A stretch of DNA of 64,000 nt from a virus (Duplodnaviria; Caudoviricetes): the IMG/VR virus record IMGVR_UViG_3300020577_009814, positions 1-64,000 of that record; one strand, 5' to 3'. This document shows positions 1 to 8,967 of this stretch, one piece after another. The notes beneath the pieces are model-generated. The model worked only from the letters and a program-made list of their open reading frames with translations. It had not been told where the DNA came from and made no database searches. The translations under genes and the position numbers were made by a program. The first letter of the stretch is position 1. Every line of letters begins with the position of its first letter.

Positions 1-218
1 GGCCCAACTCCAGCTAACTTCAGAGCCATAACAATAGCACTAGTACATGAATTAACAAATAAAGGCTTAACAGGTAGTCCAGAATTTATCTTATAAAATT
101 CTTCTTCAAATTCTTTTACTTTAGGACCTTCACCAATATAGCCTGAAGAGAATACTGGAGCCAAATCAACTAAGGCTTGTTGATTCATGTTTACTTTAAA
201 AAGTGGAAGTTTATTCAT
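1..218 (-). CDS. DegT/DnrJ/EryC1/StrS-family sugar aminotransferase (5' part only; runs off the window edge)
   Basis: Not in ORF track; manual translation from ATG at 218 gives MNKLPLFKVNM...VFSSGYIGEGPKVKEFEEEF...FVNSCTSAIVMALKLAGVG, the typical N-terminus of PLP-dependent NDP-sugar aminotransferases; start overlaps upstream stop (TAATG). Confidence 0.88.
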   Translation of the reverse strand, partial: MNKLPLFKVNMNQQALVDLAPVFSSGYIGEGPKVKEFEEEFYKINSGLPVKPLFVNSCTSAIVMALKLAGVG

Positions 219-952
219 TAATATTTAGGAGCCTCTAAATCAATAGAAGTTGAATACTGATTTTCTCCATGTCTATGAGACAATTGTTTACTATAGAATC
301 CTTTAAGTTCACCATCAAAACCAGTAAATCTACAGGGCCCATAGAAATTATAAAGTTGCTGATACAGAATAGCATCAAGTGCTACTGTTTGGGGACTAGG
401 AAACCAAATTTGTTTATCTAAGTTACAGGACCTTCGCCAAGCAACCTGAGCTGCGTCGACTCTACAAAAAGCATTAATAGATTCAGTAGGATTATATGCA
501 CTAGCTTTTTTATAGCTAGGTTCTGATAGTTGTTCAAAATCTAGCATCTCAAAAGGATTGTATTCTACAATATGTGAATACACATGATACACATCTGGAT
601 TATTAGTAAAATAAGTATTTAAGTTTTCTAGATAGCTCGGAAGTAAAGCATCATCATCACAAAGCATCAAACAGGCATCTGCTTCAATTTCTTGAATTGC
701 TTTATTCCAATATGCTCCAAAATTACTACCACCTTGAGCTAATTTTTGTTGTGGAGACAACCCAGTATTATAGTAAGTCCATTTAGATTCATCTGGGATT
801 AATCTTTTAAGAGTTTCTAAGCCTGGATTATCACTTCCATCATCTACAAATGCAACATGCCAATTAGTATATGTAGACCTATTTAAACTCTCTAGAGCAT
901 AGGTAACCATATTTGGTCTATTAAAGTAACATAGTAAAATCAGGAATTTCAA
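218..952 (-). CDS. GT2/GT-A glycosyltransferase
   Basis: YFNRP start, VDDGS motif, LCDDD (DxD) motif. Confidence 0.85.
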   Translation of the reverse strand: MKFLILLCYFNRPNMVTYALESLNRSTYTNWHVAFVDDGSDNPGLETLKRLIPDESKWTYYNTGLSPQQKLAQGGSNFGAYWNKAIQEIEADACLMLCDDDALLPSYLENLNTYFTNNPDVYHVYSHIVEYNPFEMLDFEQLSEPSYKKASAYNPTESINAFCRVDAAQVAWRRSCNLDKQIWFPSPQTVALDAILYQQLYNFYGPCRFTGFDGELKGFYSKQLSHRHGENQYSTSIDLEAPKY

Positions 953-1392
953 TTTAGCCTCATAATATATAACTCATTCTGCTCTGATATAATTTTAAAA
1001 CCGAGCTTAAAATATAAATTTACTGCTTTATAATTTGATTTTAATACATCCAGAAAAATAGGAGTCTCGGAAGAAGTACTTCTAATTCTTTCAATAAGAC
1101 TTTGAAAGATTTGTTTCCCATATCCATAGCCTTGAAACTCTGGATCAAGTGCTCCAGTTAGCCAAGGAACATTATCTATATATTGAATAAACCCATACCC
1201 TATTACTTCCTTTGTTTTTAAATTTGTAAAAGCATAAAGTTTATCACAGTCTTTCTTAACATTTAGATACCAATTAGCTTGGTTACTTGGATCTATGTCT
1301 TCTTTATCATGAGTCAAAGAATCTTTAATTTTATTTCTTAGTAAAGCAATTCCCTTTAAATCTTCTAGTTTAGCTTCTGAGAAGGAGTACAT
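949..1392 (-). CDS. GNAT-family N-acetyltransferase
   Basis: Acetyl-CoA binding motif FQGYGYGK and C-terminal N..A..LY.KLGF; sits beside a sugar aminotransferase. Confidence 0.88.
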   Translation of the reverse strand: MYSFSEAKLEDLKGIALLRNKIKDSLTHDKEDIDPSNQANWYLNVKKDCDKLYAFTNLKTKEVIGYGFIQYIDNVPWLTGALDPEFQGYGYGKQIFQSLIERIRSTSSETPIFLDVLKSNYKAVNLYFKLGFKIISEQNELYIMRLN

Positions 1393-2012
1393 TATAATCC
1401 TCCATTAAGTCTTAAGACACTTCCAGTAAAGTACTCAGTCTCAACAATAAATTTAATAGCATTAGCAATTTCTTGAGCTTTACCTAATCTTTTTAAAGGT
1501 ACCTTCTCTAAAGCTTTTTCAAGAATAGGTATAGGAACTTTTTCTGTTAAGCCCCCTTCAAAATAACCTAATTGAATCACATTACTAGTAATCCCAGTAT
1601 TAGCATTCTCTAAGGCTATAGTTCGCATCAGAGTTTCATTAAAAGATTTTCCAGCTGCATAAATTGCTGTACCTTTCAAAGGCTGATCAGCTAAGATAGA
1701 AGAGATATAAATCAATCTTCCAAACTCATTCTTCCTCATAAAGTTAATAGCAGCTCGCATAAGATTTATATTGCCTTGGATATTCACCGAGAGCATCTTA
1801 TCAATTTGCTCATCTGAGTATTTATTTAGCAAAGCATCGTAGTTCACAGTAGCTAGATTAATTACAACATCATAATGCAGAGAAATATTACTAGAAAGTG
1901 TAGTAATGTCAAATACAGAACCAACACTAGTAACCTCCATGAAATCGCCTAAGAGTGGAATTAACTGTTTACCTAAACCACCTGTTCCACCTACTAACAA
2001 ACAATTAAGCAT
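1392..2012 (-). CDS. SDR-family NAD(P)-dependent oxidoreductase (FabG-like)
   Basis: GGTGGLG Rossmann motif, catalytic YAAGK (YxxxK), VPLKRLG and C-terminal TGSVLRLNGG; ATG at 2012 preferred over the GTG at 2021. Confidence 0.88.
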   Translation of the reverse strand: MLNCLLVGGTGGLGKQLIPLLGDFMEVTSVGSVFDITTLSSNISLHYDVVINLATVNYDALLNKYSDEQIDKMLSVNIQGNINLMRAAINFMRKNEFGRLIYISSILADQPLKGTAIYAAGKSFNETLMRTIALENANTGITSNVIQLGYFEGGLTEKVPIPILEKALEKVPLKRLGKAQEIANAIKFIVETEYFTGSVLRLNGGL

Positions 2013-2142
2013 ACCATTCACCTAGACAAGTAAAATCAATTGCCCAAGCAGGTAGTTCTGGATTTTGAGCTAGATAGGCTTGTTCGTCCCAGTAAGTATG
2101 TACTTCTTTTAATTGACCTAGAAAATTTCTATAATATCTCAT
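2005..2142 (-). CDS. small hypothetical protein (45 aa)
   Basis: Manual translation MRYYRNFLGQLKEVHTYWDEQAYLAQNPELPAWAIDFTCLGEWYA; exactly fills the only gap in the cluster, begins 1 nt after the upstream stop and its stop overlaps the SDR start. Confidence 0.6.
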   Translation of the reverse strand: MRYYRNFLGQLKEVHTYWDEQAYLAQNPELPAWAIDFTCLGEWYA

Positions 2143-2143
2143 T

Positions 2144-2758
2144 TTAATACAACAACACTATCTTAAACTGCTCAGTAAACTCTAAACATTTCCTAGTAGA
2201 GTTTAAATGAGTATGGAAAGCTCGCATAAATTGTTCCGAGAAAAAGATAGGATCTTGCGAAGGAAAAGATTGAAGTCTCTTTATTTTGTCTGTTGCACTG
2301 ATAGCTACATTAACAAACATATTTGGAATCCAGGTGTCTAATGTACTAGCACTTCTATATTGAAACACGGATACCGGAATTGATCTAGTCATAGCCATTC
2401 CAATGTTATTTACTAATTTATGTTCATAGTGAGTATCTAATTCTGGCGGAAGAAAGATAGCATCATACTTAGAAAGATCATATACTTTTTCTAATTCATG
2501 GATCCAGGCATCTTCAGTTAAAGACTTAAGATGTAAGTTTACTGGAGCTAAAGTTACATTAGGAACTCCTTTCCAAAAAGCTTTACACTCTTTCCATCTA
2601 GTTTCAATTGGAACAGAATTTTCTATAGTAGAAGTATTAAAGACTATAATAGTAAAATGAGTGTCGATATTTTTTAAGATAGTTCCACCCATGGAAATTT
2701 CTACATCATCTGGATGCGGAGAAAAACATAATACTTTATTGTAATTTAATAATTTCAT
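2144..2758 (-). CDS. PIG-L/LmbE-family N-acetylhexosamine deacetylase
   Basis: SPHPDD metal-binding motif and DTHYEH (HxxH) motif. Confidence 0.88.
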   Translation of the reverse strand: MKLLNYNKVLCFSPHPDDVEISMGGTILKNIDTHFTIIVFNTSTIENSVPIETRWKECKAFWKGVPNVTLAPVNLHLKSLTEDAWIHELEKVYDLSKYDAIFLPPELDTHYEHKLVNNIGMAMTRSIPVSVFQYRSASTLDTWIPNMFVNVAISATDKIKRLQSFPSQDPIFFSEQFMRAFHTHLNSTRKCLEFTEQFKIVLLY

Positions 2759-3567
2759 AAAGATTGAAATGGTCTCGCTGAGTAGATTTTAATTCCAAAT
2801 CTCCTAAGAAAATCTCTAAGCTTATCAGATTCAAGATTTTCTTTGCCAAAGATAGTTTTAGTTTCTACATTAATGTAAACATCTCCTAAAAAGATTTCTG
2901 GATATTTAATTTCAATCTGCTTGGGTTTAGCTATAGCTACATATTTCTCTAAAATGTTATTAAACATGTTCTTCTTTGTCATTAAAGAAGGCTCCGCTAT
3001 TTCTCTAATAAGTCGAGCAGGATTCCCAGCATAGATAGCTCTTGGAATGTTTAGGCTTTTAGTAACAGTGCTATTAGCACCTATAACTGAATAAGGTGCA
3101 ATAGAAACATCCATCATAATGAAAGATCGTTGGCCAATAATAACATGATCTCCAATATCAATCTTACCATACTTTACTGGAAACCCCTCCAGCATAGATT
3201 CCCAAAAACCATGAGTTAAGAAGTCTACATCTGGAGATAAGCCTACATCATTGCCTAAAGTAATAGCCATGGCTAAATTTAGATAGTTATTATGAATTAC
3301 GCATCTATCTCCAATTGTCAGATTAGCATCTTTAAATTGTGAACCCCCACCTCCAACTTTAAGGCCTGGAGTCATATGTAAGAAGTGATCTCCAATGATC
3401 ACATTCTCAGCATTAATTGTAACATCATTACCGAATCTAGAATAATCTCCAACTTTAAAAGTTCCGCGAACTTTAATATCTACATTATGTCCTACTGAGA
3501 AGTCCTTTCCTACTTCAATAATGTCTGCTACAATTCTAGAGTTTTTCTCTGGATAATTAAGTTCCAT
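2755..3567 (-). CDS. hexapeptide-repeat (left-handed beta-helix) acyltransferase
   Basis: Repeated [IV]G.. hexapeptides (IGDHVIIG, VIGANSTVTKS, AGNPARLIR), catalytic LTH; likely start at ATG 3567 (MELNYPEK). Confidence 0.85.
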   Translation of the reverse strand: MELNYPEKNSRIVADIIEVGKDFSVGHNVDIKVRGTFKVGDYSRFGNDVTINAENVIIGDHFLHMTPGLKVGGGGSQFKDANLTIGDRCVIHNNYLNLAMAITLGNDVGLSPDVDFLTHGFWESMLEGFPVKYGKIDIGDHVIIGQRSFIMMDVSIAPYSVIGANSTVTKSLNIPRAIYAGNPARLIREIAEPSLMTKKNMFNNILEKYVAIAKPKQIEIKYPEIFLGDVYINVETKTIFGKENLESDKLRDFLRRFGIKIYSARPFQSL

Positions 3568-4267
3568 ATTTTCTTCTTTTATATTCGGCAAGCATTGGAG
3601 CTAGTCTAGGTGCTGAGCAGGAGGAATGCTCTACATGGTCCCAATAATATTCCATTTCATCATCAAATAATACGTATCTTTTTGTAGAATCTGCAGCTGG
3701 ATCTAAGGTAAGATGCCAAGGAAGGTGAATTCCAGTATAAGGTCTACCTTTTCTAATTCCACTTATTGTAAATGGAATGCCAGGTCTATAGACTGCAAAA
3801 GAAGTATCATTAGGGTATCCATACCAATTATTAGGAAGTACATTTCCCCAAGTCATAGGCAAGCCTTCTGGATGGTCGCAGAACCTATCTGCAATCCATG
3901 CAGGATTTTCTTGAGGTACAGTTTTTTCTTCCCAACTAAATCCAAATTTATTCTCATGAGGAAACTCTTCAAAACCAGAAAGAAGTACTTTATCCCAATC
4001 TGAAGGGATTGCACTTAAATCATAGTCAGGATCAGTAACAACATAAGGCTCATTAAGATGGTTTACAATTCCATTAATCCAAGCTGCTTGGCCTCCATAG
4101 TTTCCTACTTTAAGAACCGTAAAGCCACAAGTTGAATACCAATCTAATAAAGGCTCATAAGTTGATGCATTATCTATAAAAATAACTTCATGGCCCTCAT
4201 TTGCAAACTTTTCAGCCATTGCTTTAGGCCAAGTTAGATAATTTCTATTATTAATATATATTTTCAT
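3557..4267 (-). CDS. GT-A-fold glycosyltransferase (GT2-like)
   Basis: IDNASTY motif, VVTDPD (DxD), C-terminal HLPW. Confidence 0.75.
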   Translation of the reverse strand: MKIYINNRNYLTWPKAMAEKFANEGHEVIFIDNASTYEPLLDWYSTCGFTVLKVGNYGGQAAWINGIVNHLNEPYVVTDPDYDLSAIPSDWDKVLLSGFEEFPHENKFGFSWEEKTVPQENPAWIADRFCDHPEGLPMTWGNVLPNNWYGYPNDTSFAVYRPGIPFTISGIRKGRPYTGIHLPWHLTLDPAADSTKRYVLFDDEMEYYWDHVEHSSCSAPRLAPMLAEYKRRKYGT

Positions 4268-5130
4268 TAATGTACAATAGTTTCAAGAAGTTCCGGCTTA
4301 TCTTTATATCTAGCAAGAATAGCAGCTTTTACTGGTTCTACAAATTTTAACAAATCTGTGTTTTTATGTAGAGTTGTAACTCCCCATCTAGATGGTCCAC
4401 CGTGAGTATAGCTCCACTCATCCTCAGCTTGTTCTCTTCGAACTCCAGCTTGAGATGGTCCATGATCTAGAACTCCCTTATTCATTTTAATTTCAAATTC
4501 TTCTCTACTCAAAGTCCGGTAATGATGATTCTTTATTTTTGAAAAACTATAATCTTGGGGGCAATATGGGCCATCAACTCGGACATTGTTTTCATTTACA
4601 GCCCAGCTTTTTTCAAAAATAAAGTTGTGTGGATTTGAGTTAAATCTAACTGCAAAAGTAGGCTGCACTATGGTCTTTATATGGCACTGATTGTCTCTTG
4701 CAACTTCCGTATAGTTTTCAATAATCAATCCTGTAGGTTTTGAAGTATGTCCACTAGAGTTAAATTCTTCCCAAGCTACTGAGACTCCGCCATAGGCTTC
4801 ATAGTTTTTAAGAAAGTCTGGAATTTGTTTACCATCTGGACAGAAGATTCTTTCATCAACTGAATGAAAGTGAATCCACTTAGACTTACCTCTTTGTTCA
4901 TAGCAACAATGGTTAGCTAACCAAAAATTTTTAGGAACTGTAAGGTTTTCTGGATATTGTCGAATCTCTACTAAGTCACCATAAGGTTCAACAACTTCTA
5001 GCAGATTGTCTGTGCTACCATCATCATAGAAAATGAAATGATCAAAGCCTTGCATTAAATGAAATTCTAGATATTCTGGAAGGTATTGAGCTTCATTTTT
5101 AATCCAATAAATAGCAGTTAAATTTTTCAT
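4267..5130 (-). CDS. GT92/DUF23-like glycosyltransferase
   Basis: KNEAQYLPEYLEFH..QGFDHF..YDDGSTD, SVDE, KTIV and NHHYRTLS motifs. Confidence 0.85.
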   Translation of the reverse strand: MKNLTAIYWIKNEAQYLPEYLEFHLMQGFDHFIFYDDGSTDNLLEVVEPYGDLVEIRQYPENLTVPKNFWLANHCCYEQRGKSKWIHFHSVDERIFCPDGKQIPDFLKNYEAYGGVSVAWEEFNSSGHTSKPTGLIIENYTEVARDNQCHIKTIVQPTFAVRFNSNPHNFIFEKSWAVNENNVRVDGPYCPQDYSFSKIKNHHYRTLSREEFEIKMNKGVLDHGPSQAGVRREQAEDEWSYTHGGPSRWGVTTLHKNTDLLKFVEPVKAAILARYKDKPELLETIVH

Positions 5131-5813
5131 AGAAATTTTATAATATTTTTTTCAAAATCTTCTGGAGTACCTAGACCCAACATCTCTACTTCGTATATTG
5201 TCGTAGGATTTTCCTTGATATACTCATTATAAACGGGACAAACATAAAATTCATTATTAACTTTTATGTTTTTTTCAATCATATCTTCTGCAGCCGCAAT
5301 AAAATCTTTTCCTTTACTGTAGTAATAAACACCACAAGTAGCATTATCACTAATTGGATTTTTCTCTGCAACCTCAACTACCATTCCATTCTCAACTTTA
5401 GCAAAGCTCCATCTTGAATCAATATCTTTAAAAGTCATAATTACTCCATATTGATCTTGAATATAGTGTCGATAATGTTTTTGATCATAAATAATATACT
5501 GATCACTATTAGCAATCATTAAAGGTTCATCATTATTGATAAATTCTTTTGCTAACAGTACAGTATGAGCAGCACCTCTTAGTAAAGTCTGTTGAGGAAG
5601 TATTACAGTATTAGGAGGTAAAGGAAAATTAAAGTATTTAAGATGTTCATGCCAAGCAATTAAAATAACTTTATCTTCAGCTAAAGCTAAATTTTCCAAT
5701 ACAAGTTGAATAAGATTTAGATTTTTTTGGATCTTCAAGAAAGGTTTTGGCAATGTATAGCCTTTCTCTTGGAACCTTGTACCTAATCCTGCCATAGGAA
5801 TTACAATATTCAT
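5127..5813 (-). CDS. sugar-phosphate nucleotidyltransferase (NTP_transferase)
   Basis: IPMAGLGTRF...PKP signature, ANSDQ, AEKNPIS, LGTPED. Confidence 0.9.
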   Translation of the reverse strand: MNIVIPMAGLGTRFQEKGYTLPKPFLKIQKNLNLIQLVLENLALAEDKVILIAWHEHLKYFNFPLPPNTVILPQQTLLRGAAHTVLLAKEFINNDEPLMIANSDQYIIYDQKHYRHYIQDQYGVIMTFKDIDSRWSFAKVENGMVVEVAEKNPISDNATCGVYYYSKGKDFIAAAEDMIEKNIKVNNEFYVCPVYNEYIKENPTTIYEVEMLGLGTPEDFEKNIIKFL

Positions 5814-6412
5814 AACAATTTATACTTTTTAAATAAGTCTATTGTAACTTCATCATAAGAAGCTACAACAATAGTTTCTATTTTAGCTCCTTGACTTGAA
5901 GAAGCACCGAGCTCAGTATCCTCAACAGCAATAGCTTCTGAAGAAGTTACATCTAATAGTTTTAACATATGTAAATACATGTCTGGAGCAGGTTTAGGAT
6001 TTTTAACATCATCGTTACCAACATAAAAATCTATATATTTAGCTAATTTTGATGCCTGTAAGAAATGTTTGATACTCTTATTGAGGGAATTAGAGCATAC
6101 CCCAATTTTGTACTTTTGCTCTTTTAAGTATTTTAATAATTCAACTTTTTTTGGATCTTCAAATATTTCAGTGTATATTAAATCTAAAGTTAGCTCTTGT
6201 TTTGTAGCAGAAATTTTTGAAATTTCTAAATCACTGTATCCAATCTTTTTTAGTTTTGCTTTTGTAGGCATGCCATTATAATTAGATAGGTGTTCTTGGT
6301 ATGTAATAATATGAAAATTGTGTCTCTGTAAAGCCAGATTCAAAGCTTTATAGTGCAGATCACAAGCATCCACTAAAACTCCATCTAAATCAAAAATAAT
6401 AGCTTTTACCAT
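5810..6412 (-). CDS. HAD-family phosphatase
   Basis: FDLDGV motif I, SN motif II, KPAPD and VED motifs III/IV; likely start MVKAIIF at 6412. Confidence 0.9.
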   Translation of the reverse strand: MVKAIIFDLDGVLVDACDLHYKALNLALQRHNFHIITYQEHLSNYNGMPTKAKLKKIGYSDLEISKISATKQELTLDLIYTEIFEDPKKVELLKYLKEQKYKIGVCSNSLNKSIKHFLQASKLAKYIDFYVGNDDVKNPKPAPDMYLHMLKLLDVTSSEAIAVEDTELGASSSQGAKIETIVVASYDEVTIDLFKKYKLL

Positions 6413-6930
6413 CGTTCTGGATATTTTGTGCAAATAGCGGAACAATTAGCTTTTTTATATTGGGTTATGATTTCAGAAGTTAACTCAATTCCATGTAATT
6501 CTGGTGATACTGTTACTCCTTGAAATAGACCCCAAATATTTTCAGGCTTTAAAAAATCATTCCATTTACCAGCTTCTTTAGGGATACAAATAGATTCATA
6601 TTCACTTCTTCTGCTAAGTACTTGATATCCCAATTCAGTTGCCCTAAGTGCATCCGGAACTATCAAATCAAATAAAATAATATTTGGAGCCGGTTTAACT
6701 ACTTCATATATTAAAGGAATGATATTACTTTCTTTAACATTTAGAAGAGCTGTACAGGTAGAAGTTAAACTTTGAACATAATCTTTAAGATAGATTCCAG
6801 ATGTGTTTGGATCATGGGCTACAATCAGTTCACCTAACCTAGTTCTAATATCAAGTTCAACTCCCCAATTGTTACTTTGAGCAAATTTCAGTTCTTCTAT
6901 GGTATTAGCTCTATGTAAGAATTTAGTCAT
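6406..6930 (-). CDS. glycerophosphodiester phosphodiesterase / PI-PLC-like TIM-barrel protein
   Basis: HRAN, GVELDIR, VAHD, NVKE and C-terminal AICTKYP motifs. Confidence 0.75.
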   Translation of the reverse strand: MTKFLHRANTIEELKFAQSNNWGVELDIRTRLGELIVAHDPNTSGIYLKDYVQSLTSTCTALLNVKESNIIPLIYEVVKPAPNIILFDLIVPDALRATELGYQVLSRRSEYESICIPKEAGKWNDFLKPENIWGLFQGVTVSPELHGIELTSEIITQYKKANCSAICTKYPERW

Positions 6931-7700
6931 TTAAAGGTATCCTCCCAATTAAAGAAAACTGGTTTCATACCTAGTAAGATCTTTTGTTCATCACTATAGA
7001 ACCTAGTAGCATATTTTCCAATCTCAGCATGTTTAATTGGATCTAAAACTTTAGCATAAGATTCTTCAAAATCTTGACCATTTACGGCATTGCAATGTAG
7101 TGAAGGATATGTTCCAGACTTCTTAAAAAATCCAGCTTTAAGGTATCTCCTGAACATGTGGCAGTCTGAGAAGCCCCATCTATTATCAAAAACTTTAGTA
7201 TCTAAGCCTCCAACTTTTTCAATAGCTTTTCTAGTAACTACATTAATTGAACCAATGCCTTCATCATAAAGATCAAATTTGATTCCTCCTACTTCTCTTT
7301 CTCCAACTTTATACTGAAGCTCTTCAAATCTAACCATAAAGACATCTTGGACCTTGGCTGCTTCTTGGGACTTCTCCACCCAATCTAAATCCTCAACCCA
7401 GATATCACAATCCATTAAAATCAATAAATCATAATTATCATCCCAGGCTTTCTTGAAACCTAGATTTCTAGCCCAATTCCAGCCTTTATTTTCAGGCAAC
7501 CAATCAAAGATAATATTAGATCTATTTTTACAAAGTTCTTTTACTTCATCTTTAAATTCTGAACAGGAGTCATTGTCTGTAAAATAGATATTAAACTCAC
7601 CAGTATAAGTTAATAATTTTTTAACATGCTCAATTGTAGTAGCATACCTATCTGTAGTATTATCTGGAACCCATAGGGTTGATTGGATTAAAGTTTTCAT
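6927..7700 (-). CDS. GT2/GT-A glycosyltransferase
   Basis: TDNDS, ENKGWNWARNLG, MDCD (DxD), IEKVGGLD...WGFSD. Confidence 0.85.
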   Translation of the reverse strand: MKTLIQSTLWVPDNTTDRYATTIEHVKKLLTYTGEFNIYFTDNDSCSEFKDEVKELCKNRSNIIFDWLPENKGWNWARNLGFKKAWDDNYDLLILMDCDIWVEDLDWVEKSQEAAKVQDVFMVRFEELQYKVGEREVGGIKFDLYDEGIGSINVVTRKAIEKVGGLDTKVFDNRWGFSDCHMFRRYLKAGFFKKSGTYPSLHCNAVNGQDFEESYAKVLDPIKHAEIGKYATRFYSDEQKILLGMKPVFFNWEDTFK

Positions 7701-8020
7701 TTTAAATAATATCCAAAGTCTTGAAGAAACTCTACTGCTAAGCCTAATTGTATTTGATTATAACAATCGACATAATAACTACTTGACCCACAGGGTGATT
7801 TATAAATTCCTGGCCCGACAAATTGATACGGTGGATTGTAGCTATATTTCATACTGTTCAAACAAAAAGCTCTTTGAGTAGCTTTATTAACTATTGCCAA
7901 TCCAGGTGTGTACTTTGAAAATGTAGGTTCATAAAATTCTATAATATTAGGTGAATCTGTCCTAGATCCATAGGAAGGCCAATATACTTTATTTCCACTA
8001 TAGATTACATAGTTTGACAT
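7697..8020 (-). CDS. hypothetical protein (Tyr-rich)
   Basis: Coupled ORF (ATGA overlap); no recognisable motif. Confidence 0.65.
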   Translation of the reverse strand: MSNYVIYSGNKVYWPSYGSRTDSPNIIEFYEPTFSKYTPGLAIVNKATQRAFCLNSMKYSYNPPYQFVGPGIYKSPCGSSSYYVDCYNQIQLGLAVEFLQDFGYYLK

Positions 8021-8024
8021 CTAT

Positions 8025-8711
8025 TTAATTAAACTGATCTCGAGCATATAAGATTTCATGATTTACTGGAAGTTTAAATTTTTTACTAATAGTGTCGGTA
8101 ATTTGAACTGCCACATAATTTATTCTTTGAGTCTTATTCATACTCTCTTCTATTTTTAATCTTACTGCTCCGGGTACCTTGCAGGTATTAAAAGATTTTC
8201 TAAGCTTGGCTCTTACTTCTGGAGTATATGCTAATAAGAGATTAGAAGCCCTTTCTAGCCATTCTGGGCCTTGAAGGTGGAACATATAGTCTGGTTCTGG
8301 TAAACCTGCAGAGTAGCCTGTTAAAGTGGTGTTAGCTCCTATAGATTTATTAAAGGTTCTAAAGCTATGAAGATAATTAACTAAAACTACTGGACCAGCT
8401 TTCTGTAAAGCCAGAATTCTTTCTTTCTGTTCGAAAGTATTAGCTATATAAATGTGAGCCCACCATTGAGGTGCTTTTTCTAAAAGAGGTAAATTAGTTG
8501 TAAGGTTAGTCAACAATAAATTACCTGTAGCAGAGGTAGGATCTAAAATAGGAAATGTTAAAACATTGCCATTTAGTCTAGAAGCAACTAAATTGGCAAT
8601 TGGAGTTTTCCCAATATCTGGTGGACCGATTATTTCAATTATCGGAAACGGGGGGATCGGCTTTTTTGGGACGCCCACGAGGTTTGGCCGGTGATACATT
8701 TGTTTCTTCAA
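8025..8711 (-). CDS. thymidylate/dNMP kinase-like P-loop protein
   Basis: GPPDIGKT P-loop, TFP, and PEPDYMFHL resembling TMK P.PD motif; canonical DR motif replaced by VN; start uncertain. Confidence 0.7.
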   Translation of the reverse strand: MKKQMYHRPNLVGVPKKPIPPFPIIEIIGPPDIGKTPIANLVASRLNGNVLTFPILDPTSATGNLLLTNLTTNLPLLEKAPQWWAHIYIANTFEQKERILALQKAGPVVLVNYLHSFRTFNKSIGANTTLTGYSAGLPEPDYMFHLQGPEWLERASNLLLAYTPEVRAKLRKSFNTCKVPGAVRLKIEESMNKTQRINYVAVQITDTISKKFKLPVNHEILYARDQFN

Positions 8712-8967
8712 TATATGCCCCTAATCTTCTGGCAATTTGTTTTCTAGGAATAGTAGATAATACATATCTATCTCCTATCAGAATGATTAGAGTATAAATT
8801 TTTTTACCTCTAGTTAAATCAATGACTGCTCTTGTTCCACGTTCAGCTCGAGCAGTCCGCACAATAGTCTTTGCAGCTCCAATGCTATAATCTAATATAG
8901 CTACAATTTGAGATGTAACTATAAAGTTATTAAATCCAGCATTAAGTAACAAAGGAAGTTTATTCAT
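8635..8967 (-). CDS. remA: RemA/DUF370-family nucleic-acid-binding regulator with C-terminal AT-hook
   Basis: LLNAGFNNFI...IVAI, IDLTRGKK...LII...YVLS......IARRL match the RemA (YlzA) pattern; tail KPRGRPKK is an AT-hook. Confidence 0.8.
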   Translation of the reverse strand: MNKLPLLLNAGFNNFIVTSQIVAILDYSIGAAKTIVRTARAERGTRAVIDLTRGKKIYTLIILIGDRYVLSTIPRKQIARRLGAYIEETNVSPAKPRGRPKKADPPVSDN

